Origin: Eledone cirrhosa
Lineage: Eukaryota
Length of the DNA stretch: 64,000 nt
Direction: 5' to 3'
Assembly: GCA_964016885.1 (NCBI GenBank)
Contig: OZ024766.1
Span: forward strand, 12,462,001-12,526,000
Shown: one piece after another, positions 51,881 through 64,000 of the stretch
Layout of the letters: the number at the start of each line of letters is the position of its first letter
Numbering within the stretch: position 1 is the first letter of the stretch
Program-made: the position numbers and the translations under genes
Notes under the pieces: generated by a model
What the model saw: the letters and a program-made list of their open reading frames with translations, nothing else
What the model was told of the DNA's origin: nothing
Database searches by the model: none

Positions 51881-52815
51881 ATCATCATCATCATCATCAT
51901 TTTACGTCTGCTTTTCCCTGCTTGCAAGGGTGGGACGGGTCTTATTCAGCACAGCATCTCTCCACTCGTCACGGTCCTTCGTCATCTCCGCCGTGAGCTT
52001 CAATGATCTGAGGTCTGTTCTCACCACCTCCGCCCATGTTTTTCGTGGTCTACCTCTACCACGTCTTCCTTCAACTGGCATTTCCTGGCACTTCTTCACC
52101 CATCGGTCATCCTCCATGCGCATCACATGTCCATACCACCTCAGTCTCCTCTCCCGTACACTACATTCTATCCCTCTCAGACACAGTTTCTCTCTCAACA
52201 CATCACATGTCCATACCACCTCAGTCTCCTCTCCCGTACACTACATTCTATCCCTCTCAGACACAGTTTCTCTCTCAACACATCACATGTCCATACCACC
52301 TCAGTCTCCTCTCCCGTACACTACATTCTATCCCTCTCAGACACAGTTTCTCTCTCAACACATCACATGTCCATAGCACCTCAGTCTCCTCTCCCGTACA
52401 CTACATTCTATCCCTCTCAGACACAGTTTCTCTCTCAACACATTTATGCTGGGTCGTTCACACACATTTACACTGCACATCCAACGGAGCATGCTTGCCT
52501 CATTTCTCTCCAGCCGTCGCATATCCTCTGCAGTTGCTGCCCATGTAGCATTGCGCTCCTCACACAGGCATCATACAACCGGCCTTTCGTACGCAGGGAG
52601 AAACCCTTCTTCGTGAACAGAGGAAGCAGCTCCCTAAACTTCTTCCAACCCGTCCTTATTCTAGATACTATGGCCTCGGATCACCCTCCTCCCATGCTAA
52701 TCTGATCTCCTAGGTACCGGAAGCTATCCACCACTTCTATAGCGCCCTCTTACATTTGAAAAATGTGTCTATCAGTGCGACTTCTACTGTCTAATTTCCC
52801 TGTACATCTACTGCA
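51881..52815 (-). mobile_element. RTE LINE 3' fragment with 80-bp x4 internal repeat (52121-52440)
   Basis: RRLRWYGHVMRMEDDRWVKKC..GRGRPRKTWAEVV; its 3' end matches the SINE family A tail. Confidence 0.92.
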
Positions 52816-52818
52816 TAC

Positions 52819-52849
<31 letters not shown>

Positions 52850-52879
52850 CACATACACATGTATATGTATGTATGTATG

Positions 52880-53580
52880 CAGCCATGTCCTTATCAAAGC
52901 ATTGAGTCTCAAGTAACATCATCTCAATTGTGCTGGATGGGACATATCGTCCGCATGAAAGAAAGTAGGATCCCAAAGCAACTGTTTTACGGTGAGCTCC
53001 ATCTTGGAAAAAGGCCTCAACACAAACCAAAAATGAGCTTCAGGGACAGCATCAAGAACAACTTCAAAGAGCTGGCATTTGATATAGACAAATGGGCGGA
53101 GATAGCTTTAAATAGGGCTGAGTGGAGAAAGCACATAGAGGGCAGTTGCTAAATTTTTCAGGAATGTTGTCTAGAACATAAAAAACTGAAGCGTCAGCTC
53201 TGGAAGGGGTGTGCTCACAGTGTTGATGAAGTGACCAGTAGCTGAACATGTGAATTCTGTCAGCGTGGGCGCCTCTCAAAGGCTAGTTAGGTTAATCACC
53301 TGAAGTCACATGAAAGGATATCCACCTGCAACACCAAACAACGTACGTGATATGCAACAAGGTGTGTAGAACTAGTTCCAGACTAAAAAAACACATGGTG
53401 TTTACATAAAGATTGTGTCCCACAGGGTGACCTCACCAGTCTTGTGGAAAGCACAACTCACTTCTGTCACCTGTGTTGTAAACCATCCAGATCTTCAACT
53501 GGTCTATAAAGTCATCTACAAAGTCATATCCACGGATGGGAAGACAACGAAGAATCAATAAAAGACGGCAATCGTCTGTG
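52880..53580 (+). mobile_element. RTE LINE 3' fragment (another family)
   Basis: QLCWMGHIVRMKESRIPKQLFYGEL..FRDSIKNN. Confidence 0.8.
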
Positions 53581-53688
53581 AAGATACTGCAATCCTGATT
53601 TATATATATATATATTTACGTATGATTATATATTTGTAGATACATTTATGGCTAAAAGGTTTCATACAATGTTTTTTTACTGATACTG

Positions 53689-54888
53689 TTACACTTCTGT
53701 ATGAACACATACATGTTTAGTTAATTTGCTTTTTTGAGAGAATGATTTACCACAGATATCACAGTGATGAGGTTTCTTTCCTGTATGTATATATCTGTGC
53801 CTAATTAAGTTACTTAATTGAGGAAATGAGGTACCACAGATATTACAGTGATGAGGTTTCTCTCCTGTATGAATATATTTGTGTTGAGTTAGGTTAACTT
53901 TCTGAGAGAATGATTTACCACAGATATCACAGTGATAAGGTTTCTCACCTGTATGAATACGTCTGTGTCTAGCTAAGTGACCTGACTGAGAAAATGATTT
54001 ACCACAGATATCACAGTGATGAGGTCTCTCTCCTGTATGAATGTATCTGTGTTTAGTTAATTTACTAGATTGAGAGAATGATTTACCACAGATGTCACAG
54101 TGATGAGGTTTCTCTCCTGTATGACTATATTTGTGTTGAATTAAGTTACTGTTTTGAGAAAAAGACATACCACAGATATTACAGTGATAATGTTTCTCTC
54201 CTGTATGAATATATTTGTGTTTAATTAAGCCACTTAACTGTGAAAATGATTTACCACAGATATCACAGTGAAGAGGTTTCTCTCCTGTATGAATATATTT
54301 GTGTTTACTTAAGTGATGTGTCTCAGAGAATGATTTACCACAGATATCACAGTGATGAGGTTTCTCTCCTGTATGGACACGTTTGTGTCTAGTTACGTCA
54401 CTTGTACAAGAGAATGATTTACCACAGATACCACAGTGATAAGGCTTCTCACCTGTATGACTGTATTTGTGTTTAGTTAAGTGACATGTCTGAGAGAATG
54501 ATTTACCGCAGATATCACACTGATGAGGTTTCTCTCCTGTATGGACACGTATGTGAGTAGCGAGGTTACCTCTATCAGAAAATGATTTACCGCAGATATC
54601 ACAGTGATGAGGTTTCTCTCCTGTATGAATACGTTTGTGTCTAGTTACGTCACTTGTACGAGAAAATGATTTACCACAGATATCACAGGGATAAGGTTTC
54701 TCTCCTGTATGAATACGTTTGTGTTTGGTTACGTCACTTGTATAAGAAAATGATTTACCGCAGATATCACAGGGATAAGGTTTCTCTCCTGAATGACTAC
54801 GTCTGTGTCTAGTTAAATGACTTGTAAAAGGGAATGATTTACCACAGATATCACAGCAGTATGATGATTTTCCTTCCTCTTCTGACAT
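53689..54888 (-). CDS. C2H2 zinc-finger protein, 399 aa, 14 fingers
   Basis: Uninterrupted ORF with HTGEKP linkers. Confidence 0.95.
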   Translation of the reverse strand: MSEEEGKSSYCCDICGKSFPFTSHLTRHRRSHSGEKPYPCDICGKSFSYTSDVTKHKRIHTGEKPYPCDICGKSFSRTSDVTRHKRIHTGEKPHHCDICGKSFSDRGNLATHIRVHTGEKPHQCDICGKSFSQTCHLTKHKYSHTGEKPYHCGICGKSFSCTSDVTRHKRVHTGEKPHHCDICGKSFSETHHLSKHKYIHTGEKPLHCDICGKSFSQLSGLIKHKYIHTGEKHYHCNICGMSFSQNSNLIQHKYSHTGEKPHHCDICGKSFSQSSKLTKHRYIHTGERPHHCDICGKSFSQSGHLARHRRIHTGEKPYHCDICGKSFSQKVNLTQHKYIHTGEKPHHCNICGTSFPQLSNLIRHRYIHTGKKPHHCDICGKSFSQKSKLTKHVCVHTEV

Positions 54889-55461
54889 CTCTTCAAGATA
54901 AAATATCTATCTTTTAAGTGTCTTCCCAGAACTTTTTCTCTCAACACAATATATTGATATTGTTTCTTGGTTTTGTTTTTACAGTTTAATGATGATGATG
55001 ATTCCCAACAAATATTTCCTCCGTTACATCTCCATAAGCTCTGCTCTTTGTTGACATCTGAAAATGATGCAAATTCCTTTGTAAATTTTAGCAACTTTAA
55101 TAAGAATGCAGAATCTTCTTGAACATTTTCCAGATAATGGAGAAGAGAAGTCTTTCTATGAACCTCAGTTCAGAAGAAATATTTCACTGTAATTCACCAA
55201 ATGTTGATATAAAAAGACTTGTATAAATACTCTGTAAAATCTTGTGTTAGTCTTTTAAACAATGATATTGATGTTGTATCTGAAGTTAAAATTTCTCTTC
55301 TGTCAATGTCATGTGATATTCTGAAATAACAGAGAAACAAAATAAGATATAGAGGAGAAGATATTAAAATGTTGTGATTCAACAATGGAAATATTACATT
55401 CCTTTAATAATAGTCAACATCATCATCGTTTAACATCCATCTTCCAAACTAGTATATAATA

Positions 55462-56275
55462 TATATAATAATAATGAAAATGATTGTGTACAATGCTCAG
55501 GTGCACTACAACTCATCAAAGGTGCATGTACAGTATATAGAATAATGTACAAATGTTAGGAAAGTGAACAGTGTATGAGTCATGATTTAAACACAGATAC
55601 ATGTGTGCATGTGTATGGAGGAGGAATATCAGGTGTAGTGTCAGTGAATTTCGGGAAGCATGGAAATTTTGAAGGATGCAGTGTCCCAACAGCTAACAAC
55701 TGATGCAGGTAGTTTGTTCCATGCTTCAGCAACTCTGAGCGTGAAAAAAGTTTCCAAAAGCCATGGGAGCTGTGCTGTTTCCTGAGTTTGTAAGCATGTC
55801 CAAGGCTGTTAGACACATGGAAATCAAAAAGGTGCTCAGGATGTGGGTGTTTACCCAGTCAGTTGCCAGACGTTGGAGCTTCAATGTATTTATGCCCAGG
55901 GAAGCAAGGTGTTCAGAGTATGGTAGATGCCTGATGGAGGGTATTCGCTTGGTTGCACGTCTCTGAATAGTTTCCAAGCCTGAGCAAGATGGGGGTTCCA
56001 GACTGGTGATGCAACTTCTAAGTGTGGCCGCACCATAGCTGTATACAGCTTTAAATAGATATCTAGAGAGCAGCTGATAAAGGTCTTATTGGGTGGATGC
56101 TAAGACACCCTCAGCCTTCTTCACAATTTTGGAGATGTGCTTTGTCAAATGCAGATTGCCGTTGACAATAATGTCAGGTCATGTTTACAGGAAGAGTTCT
56201 TGAGATTGGTGTTGTGGAGGGAGTATGTGGATGCTGGGTATTTCCTCCCAAAATGCATGGTGGTATTCCCCCTTC
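55462..56275 (-). mobile_element. CR1-like LINE 3' fragment in the predicted ZNF intron
   Basis: ETIQRRATKRIPSIRHLPYSEHLASLG..LKLQRL, GHAYKLRK; (ATT)n tail. Confidence 0.85.
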
Positions 56276-56388
56276 TTGGAGTTTATTCTACGATTTTTGT
56301 TTCGGAGTGTTATCAAGGAATCTGACCAGATTTGTAAAAATGAAAAAGTAGAGTGAAAGAGGCAGAAAACGATCGTATTTCAGATATC

Positions 56389-56419
<31 letters not shown>

Positions 56420-56910
56420 TGTGCTATCAACTATTTTGACCCCCAAGGTGCTCTCAATCGACTAATTTTCCACTGGATAAGGGTTAGGGTTTCTGTCCTC
56501 CAGAAGAAAAAAAATCGATTGTGAGATGAGTTGATATCACACGAAATATCAGAGGAAAGAAATTATTTTCCCCCTGAAATGGAGGGGTGTGTTGTATAAG
56601 TTTACCTAAATTACATATTATACTACAAGGAAGTAAACCACATGATTAAATAGACGGAGGAAATTTAAATAATAAAGACAGTCATAATAACAATCTATTT
56701 TATATCACATGTAACAGTAGAATCTAGCTATTGTAAAATAAGACAACATTTCAGTCTAGAAGTATTTTCCTGTATATAAAAGTGACGAGGAAGAAATATG
56801 TCCAAAGTTGTTAAATATTTTCACTTGTATATAATTACTGTATCGTTGAAAGGTTCACATAATTCTATTATTTACACACATTATTATAGACTTCAAGTAA
56901 ATCTTTCTCA

Positions 56911-57140
56911 ACTTACCCTCTTCACATGTAATCAATGTGTTGTCTTCTTATATTTTATTAAACAACCAAAGAAATAATCTCCTTCTTGTTGTTAAATTAA
57001 AATTTCCAAAGATTTTATCATCTTTTCTTTGTCCGCCATTAACGTTGGTGTATCTTCTTATTCTTTAGCCACAGATTCGTATCTTGTCACAATGAACATA
57101 TTGTGCTAGCTTTCTTCTTCCTCCCTAACTGTTTGTCTAC
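56911..57140 (-). promoter_or_regulatory. Predicted non-coding first exon/promoter of the 399-aa ZNF
   Basis: Paralogue of 43291-43525 with the same donor and AATGGCGGAC motif. Confidence 0.55.
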
Positions 57141-57379
57141 TTTATATATATATAAATACAAATAAATTATCGAGAATCGGAATCTCGGCCCACGAAATAA
57201 CGAAACACAATCTTCGAAAAGTGTGGCAAAATGCTCAATAGTTTGGATAAACCAGAGCTATAACTAACGTTTAAATACCAACACACTGAGATAATGCTTA
57301 AAATCATTCGCACAGCCGAAACAACGACCAAGAAAATTCGGGTCAGACAAATAATAATATATATATATATATATATATA

Positions 57380-58790
57380 ATCACCATCATTATTATCGAT
57401 GTTTAATGTCCATTTCTCCATGCTAACATGGTTTAGACAAGCTGTCCCGTTTTGTGGCAAGTCAGATCAGATGACTGTCTCTTGTTTATACAGAACTATC
57501 TTTGGGTTGGTTTCTATGGGTGGATACCCATACATGTTTACAGTGTGGAGTTGGCGCTTTTTCCTAAGCAACAAAATGATCACAATACAGCGTAGACAGA
57601 CCACTTTTTATTATGTCACCTTCATCAGCACTTTACAGGGTAGAGTGGGCACCTTTTAACCTTTCTCCAACCCCAACACTTTACAGGATCGACTGGAGGC
57701 ATTTGTCATGTCACCAACACCAGCGCTTTACAGAGTGGTCTAGACGCTTTTAATCATGTCTCCAACACCATCACTTTACAGGGTGAACAGGGCACTTTTT
57801 GTCATGTCTCCAACACCATCACTTTACAGGGTGAACAGGGCACTTTTTGTCATGTCACCAACACTACCACTTTACAGGGTGAAATGGGAGCTATTTGTCT
57901 TGTCAGCAACACTACCACTTTACAGCTTAGACTGTATTTTTTGTCACGTCACCATCACAACCACTATATTCAGTGGACTAGGTATATATTGTTGGGACGC
58001 TAACATGACCAATTTACAAGAAGGACTGGGTGAATTTTTCTCCTGTGATCAACACGACTACACCTCAGGGTGGACCTGGTGCCCTCAGGCTCACCACCAA
58101 CATGACCACTTTACAGTATTGGCTGGGTTACTCCAGTCATGTCACCAAAATGAACATCTGAAAGGGTCGACTGGGTGCTTATTTGTCTGTCACAAGAAAG
58201 ACCACCTTGCAGGGAGGGTCAGCTGCCCTTTTGTCATGTTACCTTACAGGGAGGTCTTGGTACTCTTTTGTCATGGCACCAACGTGGTCACCTTACAGGG
58301 TTGACTGAGAGCTTCAGCCATTTCAGCAGCATTGTGGAAGAGTGTTTATCTTTCCATGTTTGTATACATTGGTTGGTCAAGAGAGGTACCTCAGATGTGT
58401 AAAGTGTAGTTGCATGTATGTTGAGTGGGGATTGGAGTGGTAGGTTGAGGGTGGGGTACTTAGCTGGTGAAGGGTGGAGTGTTAAGTCATGGGTGAAAGA
58501 TGGAGTGTTATATGGGAGGTGTTTGGAAGTGGGTAGTTCATACTAGAAAGCTCTAGATATTGCTTCCTCTAATGCACATGGAAAGGCAGGTCTTCTGAAG
58601 TACAGCATAATGCCAGAGATCACAATCCTATCTCATACACATCACACATCCATACCACTACAATCTCTTCTCCTGTACATTGCATCTGACCACTCATATG
58701 TCCAGTTTCTCTCTCAGTTCAATTACACTTTGCCATTCATACATAATACTATTACACATCCATCAGAACAAGTTGAAATGACTGACTTGA
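57380..58790 (-). mobile_element. Old RTE 3' end with highly degenerate 49-bp-family array (~57530-58310)
   Basis: Tail at 57385-57440; recurring ACTTTACAG about every 48 bp; LREKLDI..RRL.WYG remnant at 58630-58780. Confidence 0.7.
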
Positions 58791-59369
58791 CAAATTCCTC
58801 AAATATCAATCTTTTATTAACAAAACAGGGATTGAAATTTAAGACATAAATACAATTTATAGAATGATTTATGAAAAACAAATAAATAATTTCAAAAAGA
58901 TACAAATCAATACAAAGAGATAAAGAAAAGATACACATACTCCTTCAATTATACACTATAGGGAATGTGGGTGTTGCCCTCTAAATATTTCTTGAGGCCA
59001 GTTACAGCATTATCTCATGGGATAGAGGGTCGCTCAAATACACACTACTACAGGGAATGAGGCTGTTGCTCTCTAAATATTTCTTGAGGCCGGTTACAGC
59101 AGGGATATAGGGTCCCTCAATTACACACAACAGGGTATGCGGGTGTTGCCAAAAAATAAATTTAAGAAGACAACTATCAGATATGAGAATTACTTTAATC
59201 CCACGTAAAAATGAAATTTAAAAAATGGAAAGCAATATTTAGAGGCTGTTGAAATACTAAGGGTTTCCTTGTGAAATTAGTTGAAAATAAGTTTATATTT
59301 CTAAGATGAAGGGCATGTTACATTGCCAAGTTAAAAGGTTTGTGTTTGTTTTTCTCTATTTAAGTTAGA

Positions 59370-59625
59370 TAGAGTTTTTCACCAGTGTTATCTTTTGTGC
59401 TTAGTTAAAGAACAGCTAGAGAAATCATGTCACATATTTCACAATGGTAATATTTCTCTCCAGTGTGGTCTTTTGTGTTTATTCAAATTTCTGCTACAGC
59501 CAAAATATTCCCCACATGGTAAACAGTGGCTTCTCTCCAGTGTGTGTTCTGTTTATTTAAATGACTCCTTACAACAAGAGATTTTCCATGTTTCACAATG
59601 AAAGGGTTTCTCACCAGGGCATGAT
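59370..59625 (-). pseudogene. Degenerate C2H2 ZNF remnant (CEIC type)
   Basis: Broken minus-strand [20 protein letters not shown] and LTKHKR motifs. Confidence 0.7.
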
Positions 59626-60071
59626 AATCTGTAAACAGTTAACTGTTTCTTCTCACAAACGAAAACAGATCTCTTACCCTATTGCTCAACTTTGTAGAAA
59701 TAGCCACCAAACTGCTCTACATTACTAGGTCAATGGAAGGAGATACAAACACCACACATATATAGTCATACTTCCTTTTATTTTCCTATCAACCTCACCT
59801 CCCTCAATTAGTTTCGAACTTGTTACCTTGGTAATTCTAACCCACTCTCATTGTATGGCTTAAACACACATACCCACTTTTCATTTTCATATTCCACAAT
59901 CCTTCAAGCAAACTACCACACCACATATATATGTCCGGTGTGCTCCTGGTTTTGAATTCATATTCTAAAGACTTAGCCATGCAGGATTTTTTATACTTTC
60001 ATATAATAGACATCACACCGCCTGGTCTGACATCCTCCCTTCTCACATTTTCTACACCTAAGTGTCATTGG

Positions 60072-60362
60072 CAGTATCGGTAGAGGGTTGGACGCCATGC
60101 TTTCTAGCATAGTTACGTCCCTTTACAATATATGTGCATATATACACTAATATTGTATATCTATATGAACATATAAATATACTTGTATGTATATATTATA
60201 TACGCCATGTTTTGCAGCAAAGAGTTACGGCCCTTTATGGTCTGAGTTCAAATCCCGCCGAGGTTAACTTTGCCTTTCATCCTTACGGGGTCGATAAAAT
60301 AAAGTACCAGTAATGTACTGATTAATTGCTGGCCTTGTGCCTAAAGTAGAAACAATTATTAT
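60072..60362 (+). mobile_element. SINE family B (interrupted)
   Basis: Same head and body as 47872-48048. Confidence 0.75.
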
Positions 60363-60698
60363 TTGTCTGTACATGGTACTAAAGTCTATACTATTCTCTT
60401 CTGTTTTACTATTTCTCTCCTATCTATATCTTTTTCTCCTTTAGCTAGACCATCATATACAGTTCTCTCCCTTCTTTGTCAGTTGACACACGAGGCCTTT
60501 TCATCTATATTTGTGTAATTTACCTAAAGGTATAACATGTCTCTACCTGTTTTGTTACATCCTAATGTGCTGTGGAATGCAGGGTTTAAACCTTAATGAA
60601 CCGAAACCATAATGATTTCCAGAGATTGGCTGATGAGATGGGACGATGTCTGTCTTTAGTTTTTCCCATTGTCTTTCTCAGGTGCATCCCTTATTTTG

Positions 60699-60742
<44 letters not shown>

Positions 60743-61073
60743 AAAGAGTACATATCACCTTGACCGGTCAAGGTCAACGTGATATGTACTCTTTCCTCAT
60801 ACATGCATTATTGACTGATTTGACTCCTGCATTGTGCACCAATTGTCCTTGCTTATAACTTCTTTGCTTGTGCTTTTTCTGCTTGTGCTTTTTACTTTTA
60901 CTTATACCTATTACACTTCCAACCAGTGCTGCCTGTAATTGTGTTATTTCCTGACACCTATTAACAGAGTGTTAACTCCTGACTCTCCACATGATGCCTT
61001 TGACACTAATAACAATTATGTACCCTAAAGATTCGAAATGACTAGGATTCTAGTTACAAGTTTTCGACATTCC

Positions 61074-61125
61074 TTATGCTCTGATGATTCCAGACTTCCC
61101 TCTGGAAGAAACAATTGTCAGCTAA
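61074..61125 (+). ncRNA. Type I minimal hammerhead ribozyme motif
   Basis: TTATGCT-CTGATGA-TTCCAGA CTTCCC TCTGGAA-GAAAC-AATT-GTC-AGCTAA; perfect 7-bp stem II, canonical GUC. Confidence 0.8.
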
Positions 61126-61489
61126 TAAATGTTCTAAACTAAAATTTGATCATTTTAACACTTTCTATATATATATATATGTGTGTGTAACATTTTTAAA
61201 AATATGTGGGTGGGTACACAAAGGAGACAAACATGGACAATTCCCACTCATCAGCTGTCTTCTGTGGATCACTATAGTTTCGAATGCATTAAAGACAGGA
61301 CAATTCACTATATATATATGTGTGTGTGTGTGTGAATATATATCTATTTATACACTAATTGCATTTCTGATATATACACACATCAATGGAAAAACAGTCA
61401 TCACTGTATGATTATAGATGGTTAAATTTACAAAGCAGCCAATGTGTGTGTGAAGGGGAATTAGTTGAGTAGGTTTATAGAATGATTAT

Positions 61490-61953
61490 GATAAGGTAGG
61501 TAAATAGTTGTTGGTGGACAGGTAATGGAAGACAGCCTTCCAGAGAAAGGTGGAGGATAAGGTAGGTAAATAGTTGTTGGTGGACAGGTAATGGAAGACA
61601 GACTTCCAGAGAAAGGTGGAGGATAAGGTAGGTAAATAGTTGTTGGTGGACAGGAAATGGAAGACAGCCTTCCAGAGAAAGGTGGGGGATAAGGTAGGTA
61701 AATAGTTGTTGGTGGACAGGTAATGGAAGACAGACTTCCAGAGAAAGGTGGAGGATAAGGTAGGTAAATAGTTGTTGGTGGACAGGTAATGGAAGACAGC
61801 CTTCCAGAGAAAGGTGGAGGATAAGGTAGGGAAATAGTTGTTGGTGGACAGGTAATGGAAGACAGCCTTCCAGAGAAAGGTGGAGGATAAGGTAGGGAAA
61901 TAGTTGTTGGTGGACAGGAAATAGAAGACAGCCTTCCAGAGAAAGGTGGAGGA
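61490..61953. repeat. 66-bp minisatellite, 7 copies
   Basis: GATAAGGTAGGTAAATAGTTGTTGGTGGACAGGTAATGGAAGACAGCCTTCCAGAGAAAGGTGGAG units. Confidence 0.95.
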
Positions 61954-62405
61954 GTTAGATGTGATAGAACAACCTGCTTTCACTATAGCTAAGTATACAA
62001 AATAAAGTTTCAGATATTACTGGGGATTAAGAGTTGTGAAAAAAATAAGATTTAAACAGAGGAAGTTTAATTAAATTATTACTAATTAAAGACATAATTA
62101 TAAAAATAATAACTGAGGAATCCATTAATTCTTTAAACTTTCTGGCATTTAATTAGTGATAGAAGTTTATCTCTAGTATATTATCTTCCTGCAGGAAATT
62201 TGTTAGATACAACAGACATAAGTTTTCTGAAAAAAATCTTGTATTAAAAATACAACAATATTAAATTATCTCACCAATGTAATATATAGTTGTAGTTATA
62301 GTGTTTGATGGTTGTAATTACAGTGCCATATCTTCTTTCCTATGTAGATACATTTATGGTTAAAAAGACAATAGTTTCATACAATGATTTTTGACACTGA
62401 TACTG

Positions 62406-63290
62406 TTACATTTCTGTATGAACACGTACATGTTTAGATAATTTGCTTTTTTGAGAGAATGATTCACCACAGATATCACAGTGATGAGGTTTCTCTGTTG
62501 AATGAATATACATGTGTCTAGTTAAGCTACTTGAATGTGGAAATGATTTACCACAGATAGCACATTGATAAGGTTCCTCTCCAGTATGAATACGTTTGTG
62601 TTTGGTTAATTCACCTGTACTAGTGAATGATTTACCACAGATATTACAGTGATGAGGTTTCTCTCCTGTATGAATATATTTGTGTTTACTGAAGGCACTT
62701 GACGTTGAAAATGATTTACCACAGATAGCACATTGATAAGGTCTCTCTCCAGTATGAATACGCTTGTGTTTGGTTACGTCACTTGTACTAGAGAATGATT
62801 TACCACAGATATTACAGTGATGAGGCTTCTCTCCGGTATGACTATATTTGTGTTTACTTAAAGCACTTGATGTTGAAAATGATTTACCACAGATGTCACA
62901 CTGAAGAGGTTTCTCTCCAGTATGAATATAATTGTGTGTTGTTAAATGATTTAACCGAGAGAAGGATTTACCACAGATATCACACTGATGAGGTTTCTCT
63001 CCTGTATGGATATATTTGTGTCCTGTTAAATTACCTAACCGAGTGAAGGATTTACCACAGATATCACACTGATGAGGTCTCTCTCCTGTATGAATATATT
63101 TGTGTGTTGTTAAATGACCCAACTGAGAGAATGATTTACCACAGATATCACAAGGAAAATGCTTCTCTCCTGTATGACTAAGTCTGTGTCTAGTTAAAAG
63201 ACTTGTAAAAGGGAATGATTTACCACAGAAATCACAGCAGTATGATGATTTTCCTTCCTCTGCTGACATCTCTTCAAGATAAAATTTCAA
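62406..63290 (-). CDS. C2H2 zinc-finger protein, 10 fingers; start more likely at 63269 (MSAEE) by paralogy
   Basis: Uninterrupted ORF; N- and C-terminal fingers and flanks closely match the 399-aa paralogue. Confidence 0.93.
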   Translation of the reverse strand: MKFYLEEMSAEEGKSSYCCDFCGKSFPFTSLLTRHRLSHTGEKHFPCDICGKSFSQLGHLTTHKYIHTGERPHQCDICGKSFTRLGNLTGHKYIHTGEKPHQCDICGKSFSRLNHLTTHNYIHTGEKPLQCDICGKSFSTSSALSKHKYSHTGEKPHHCNICGKSFSSTSDVTKHKRIHTGERPYQCAICGKSFSTSSAFSKHKYIHTGEKPHHCNICGKSFTSTGELTKHKRIHTGEEPYQCAICGKSFPHSSSLTRHMYIHSTEKPHHCDICGESFSQKSKLSKHVRVHTEM

Positions 63291-63839
63291 TATTTTAAGT
63301 GTCTCTAATATCTTCCCAGAACTTTTTCTCTCAACACAATATATTGATATTGTTTCTTGGTTCTGTTTTTACAGTTTATTCCCAACAAATATTTCCTCCG
63401 TTACATCTCCATAAGCTCTGCTCTTTGTTGACATCTGAAAATGATGCAAATTCCTTTGTAAATTTTAGCAACCTTAATAAGAATGCAGAATCTTCTTGAA
63501 CATTTTCCAGATAATGGAGAAGAGAAGTCTTTCTATGAACCTCAGTTTAGAAGAAATATTTCACTGTAATTCACTAAATGTTGAGATAAAAAGACTTGTA
63601 TAAATACTCTGTAAAATCTTGTATTAGTCTTTTAAACAATGATATTGATGTTGTATCTGAAGTTAAAATTTCTCTTCTTTCAATGTCATGTGATATTCTG
63701 AAATAACAGAGAAACAAAATAAGATATAGAGGAGAAGATATTAAAATGTTGTGATTCAACAATGGAAATATTACATTCCTTTAACGATAAATAGTCAACA
63801 TCATCATCGTTTAACATCCATCTTCCAAACTAGTATATA

Positions 63840-64000
63840 ATCATCATCATCATTTCATTTTACGTCCACTTTTCCCTGCTTGCAAGGGTGGGACGGGAAC
63901 TGATTCTGGCTTGATTTCTACAGCTGGATGCCCTTCCCAACACCAACCTCATTTACAGTGAGTGCTGGGTGCTTTTTTTTCCGTGGCACCTCCACGACCA
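63840..64000 (-). mobile_element. SINE family A 3' part (runs off the window)
   Basis: Match to 27962-28140. Confidence 0.88.

Noticed and set aside
54813-55094. 93-aa ORF overlapping the ZNF start
   Set aside because: No ATG start, different frame from the fingers, not preserved in paralogues
56480-56492. Telomere-like GGGTTAGGGTT
   Set aside because: Fewer than two full units; expected by chance

Overview
AT-rich eukaryotic DNA. The zinc-finger style ([11 protein letters not shown] / FHCEICGKSF), the SINE/RTE content and the (TA)n tracts suggest an octopod cephalopod; this is an inference. The window holds a co-oriented minus-strand cluster of four intact C2H2 zinc-finger ORFs (13, 20, 14 and 10 fingers) and two ZNF remnants. 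These sit among RTE, CR1, L1/Tx1-like and Penelope-like retroelement fragments, tRNA-SINEs, a DD37D (maT) transposon, a Helitron remnant, a piggyBac-like element and many minisatellites. Two things stand out. (1) At least six type-I minimal hammerhead ribozyme motifs occur as a tandem pair, inside fold-back palindromes and as a solo copy, and a Penelope-like GIY-YIG remnant is also present. (2) Most minisatellites visibly arose inside mobile elements: a 49-bp VNTR in an RTE 3'UTR/SINE body, and three independent expansions over the same RTE 'RLRWYGH' coding motif. All coordinates were read by eye and are approximate at element ends.
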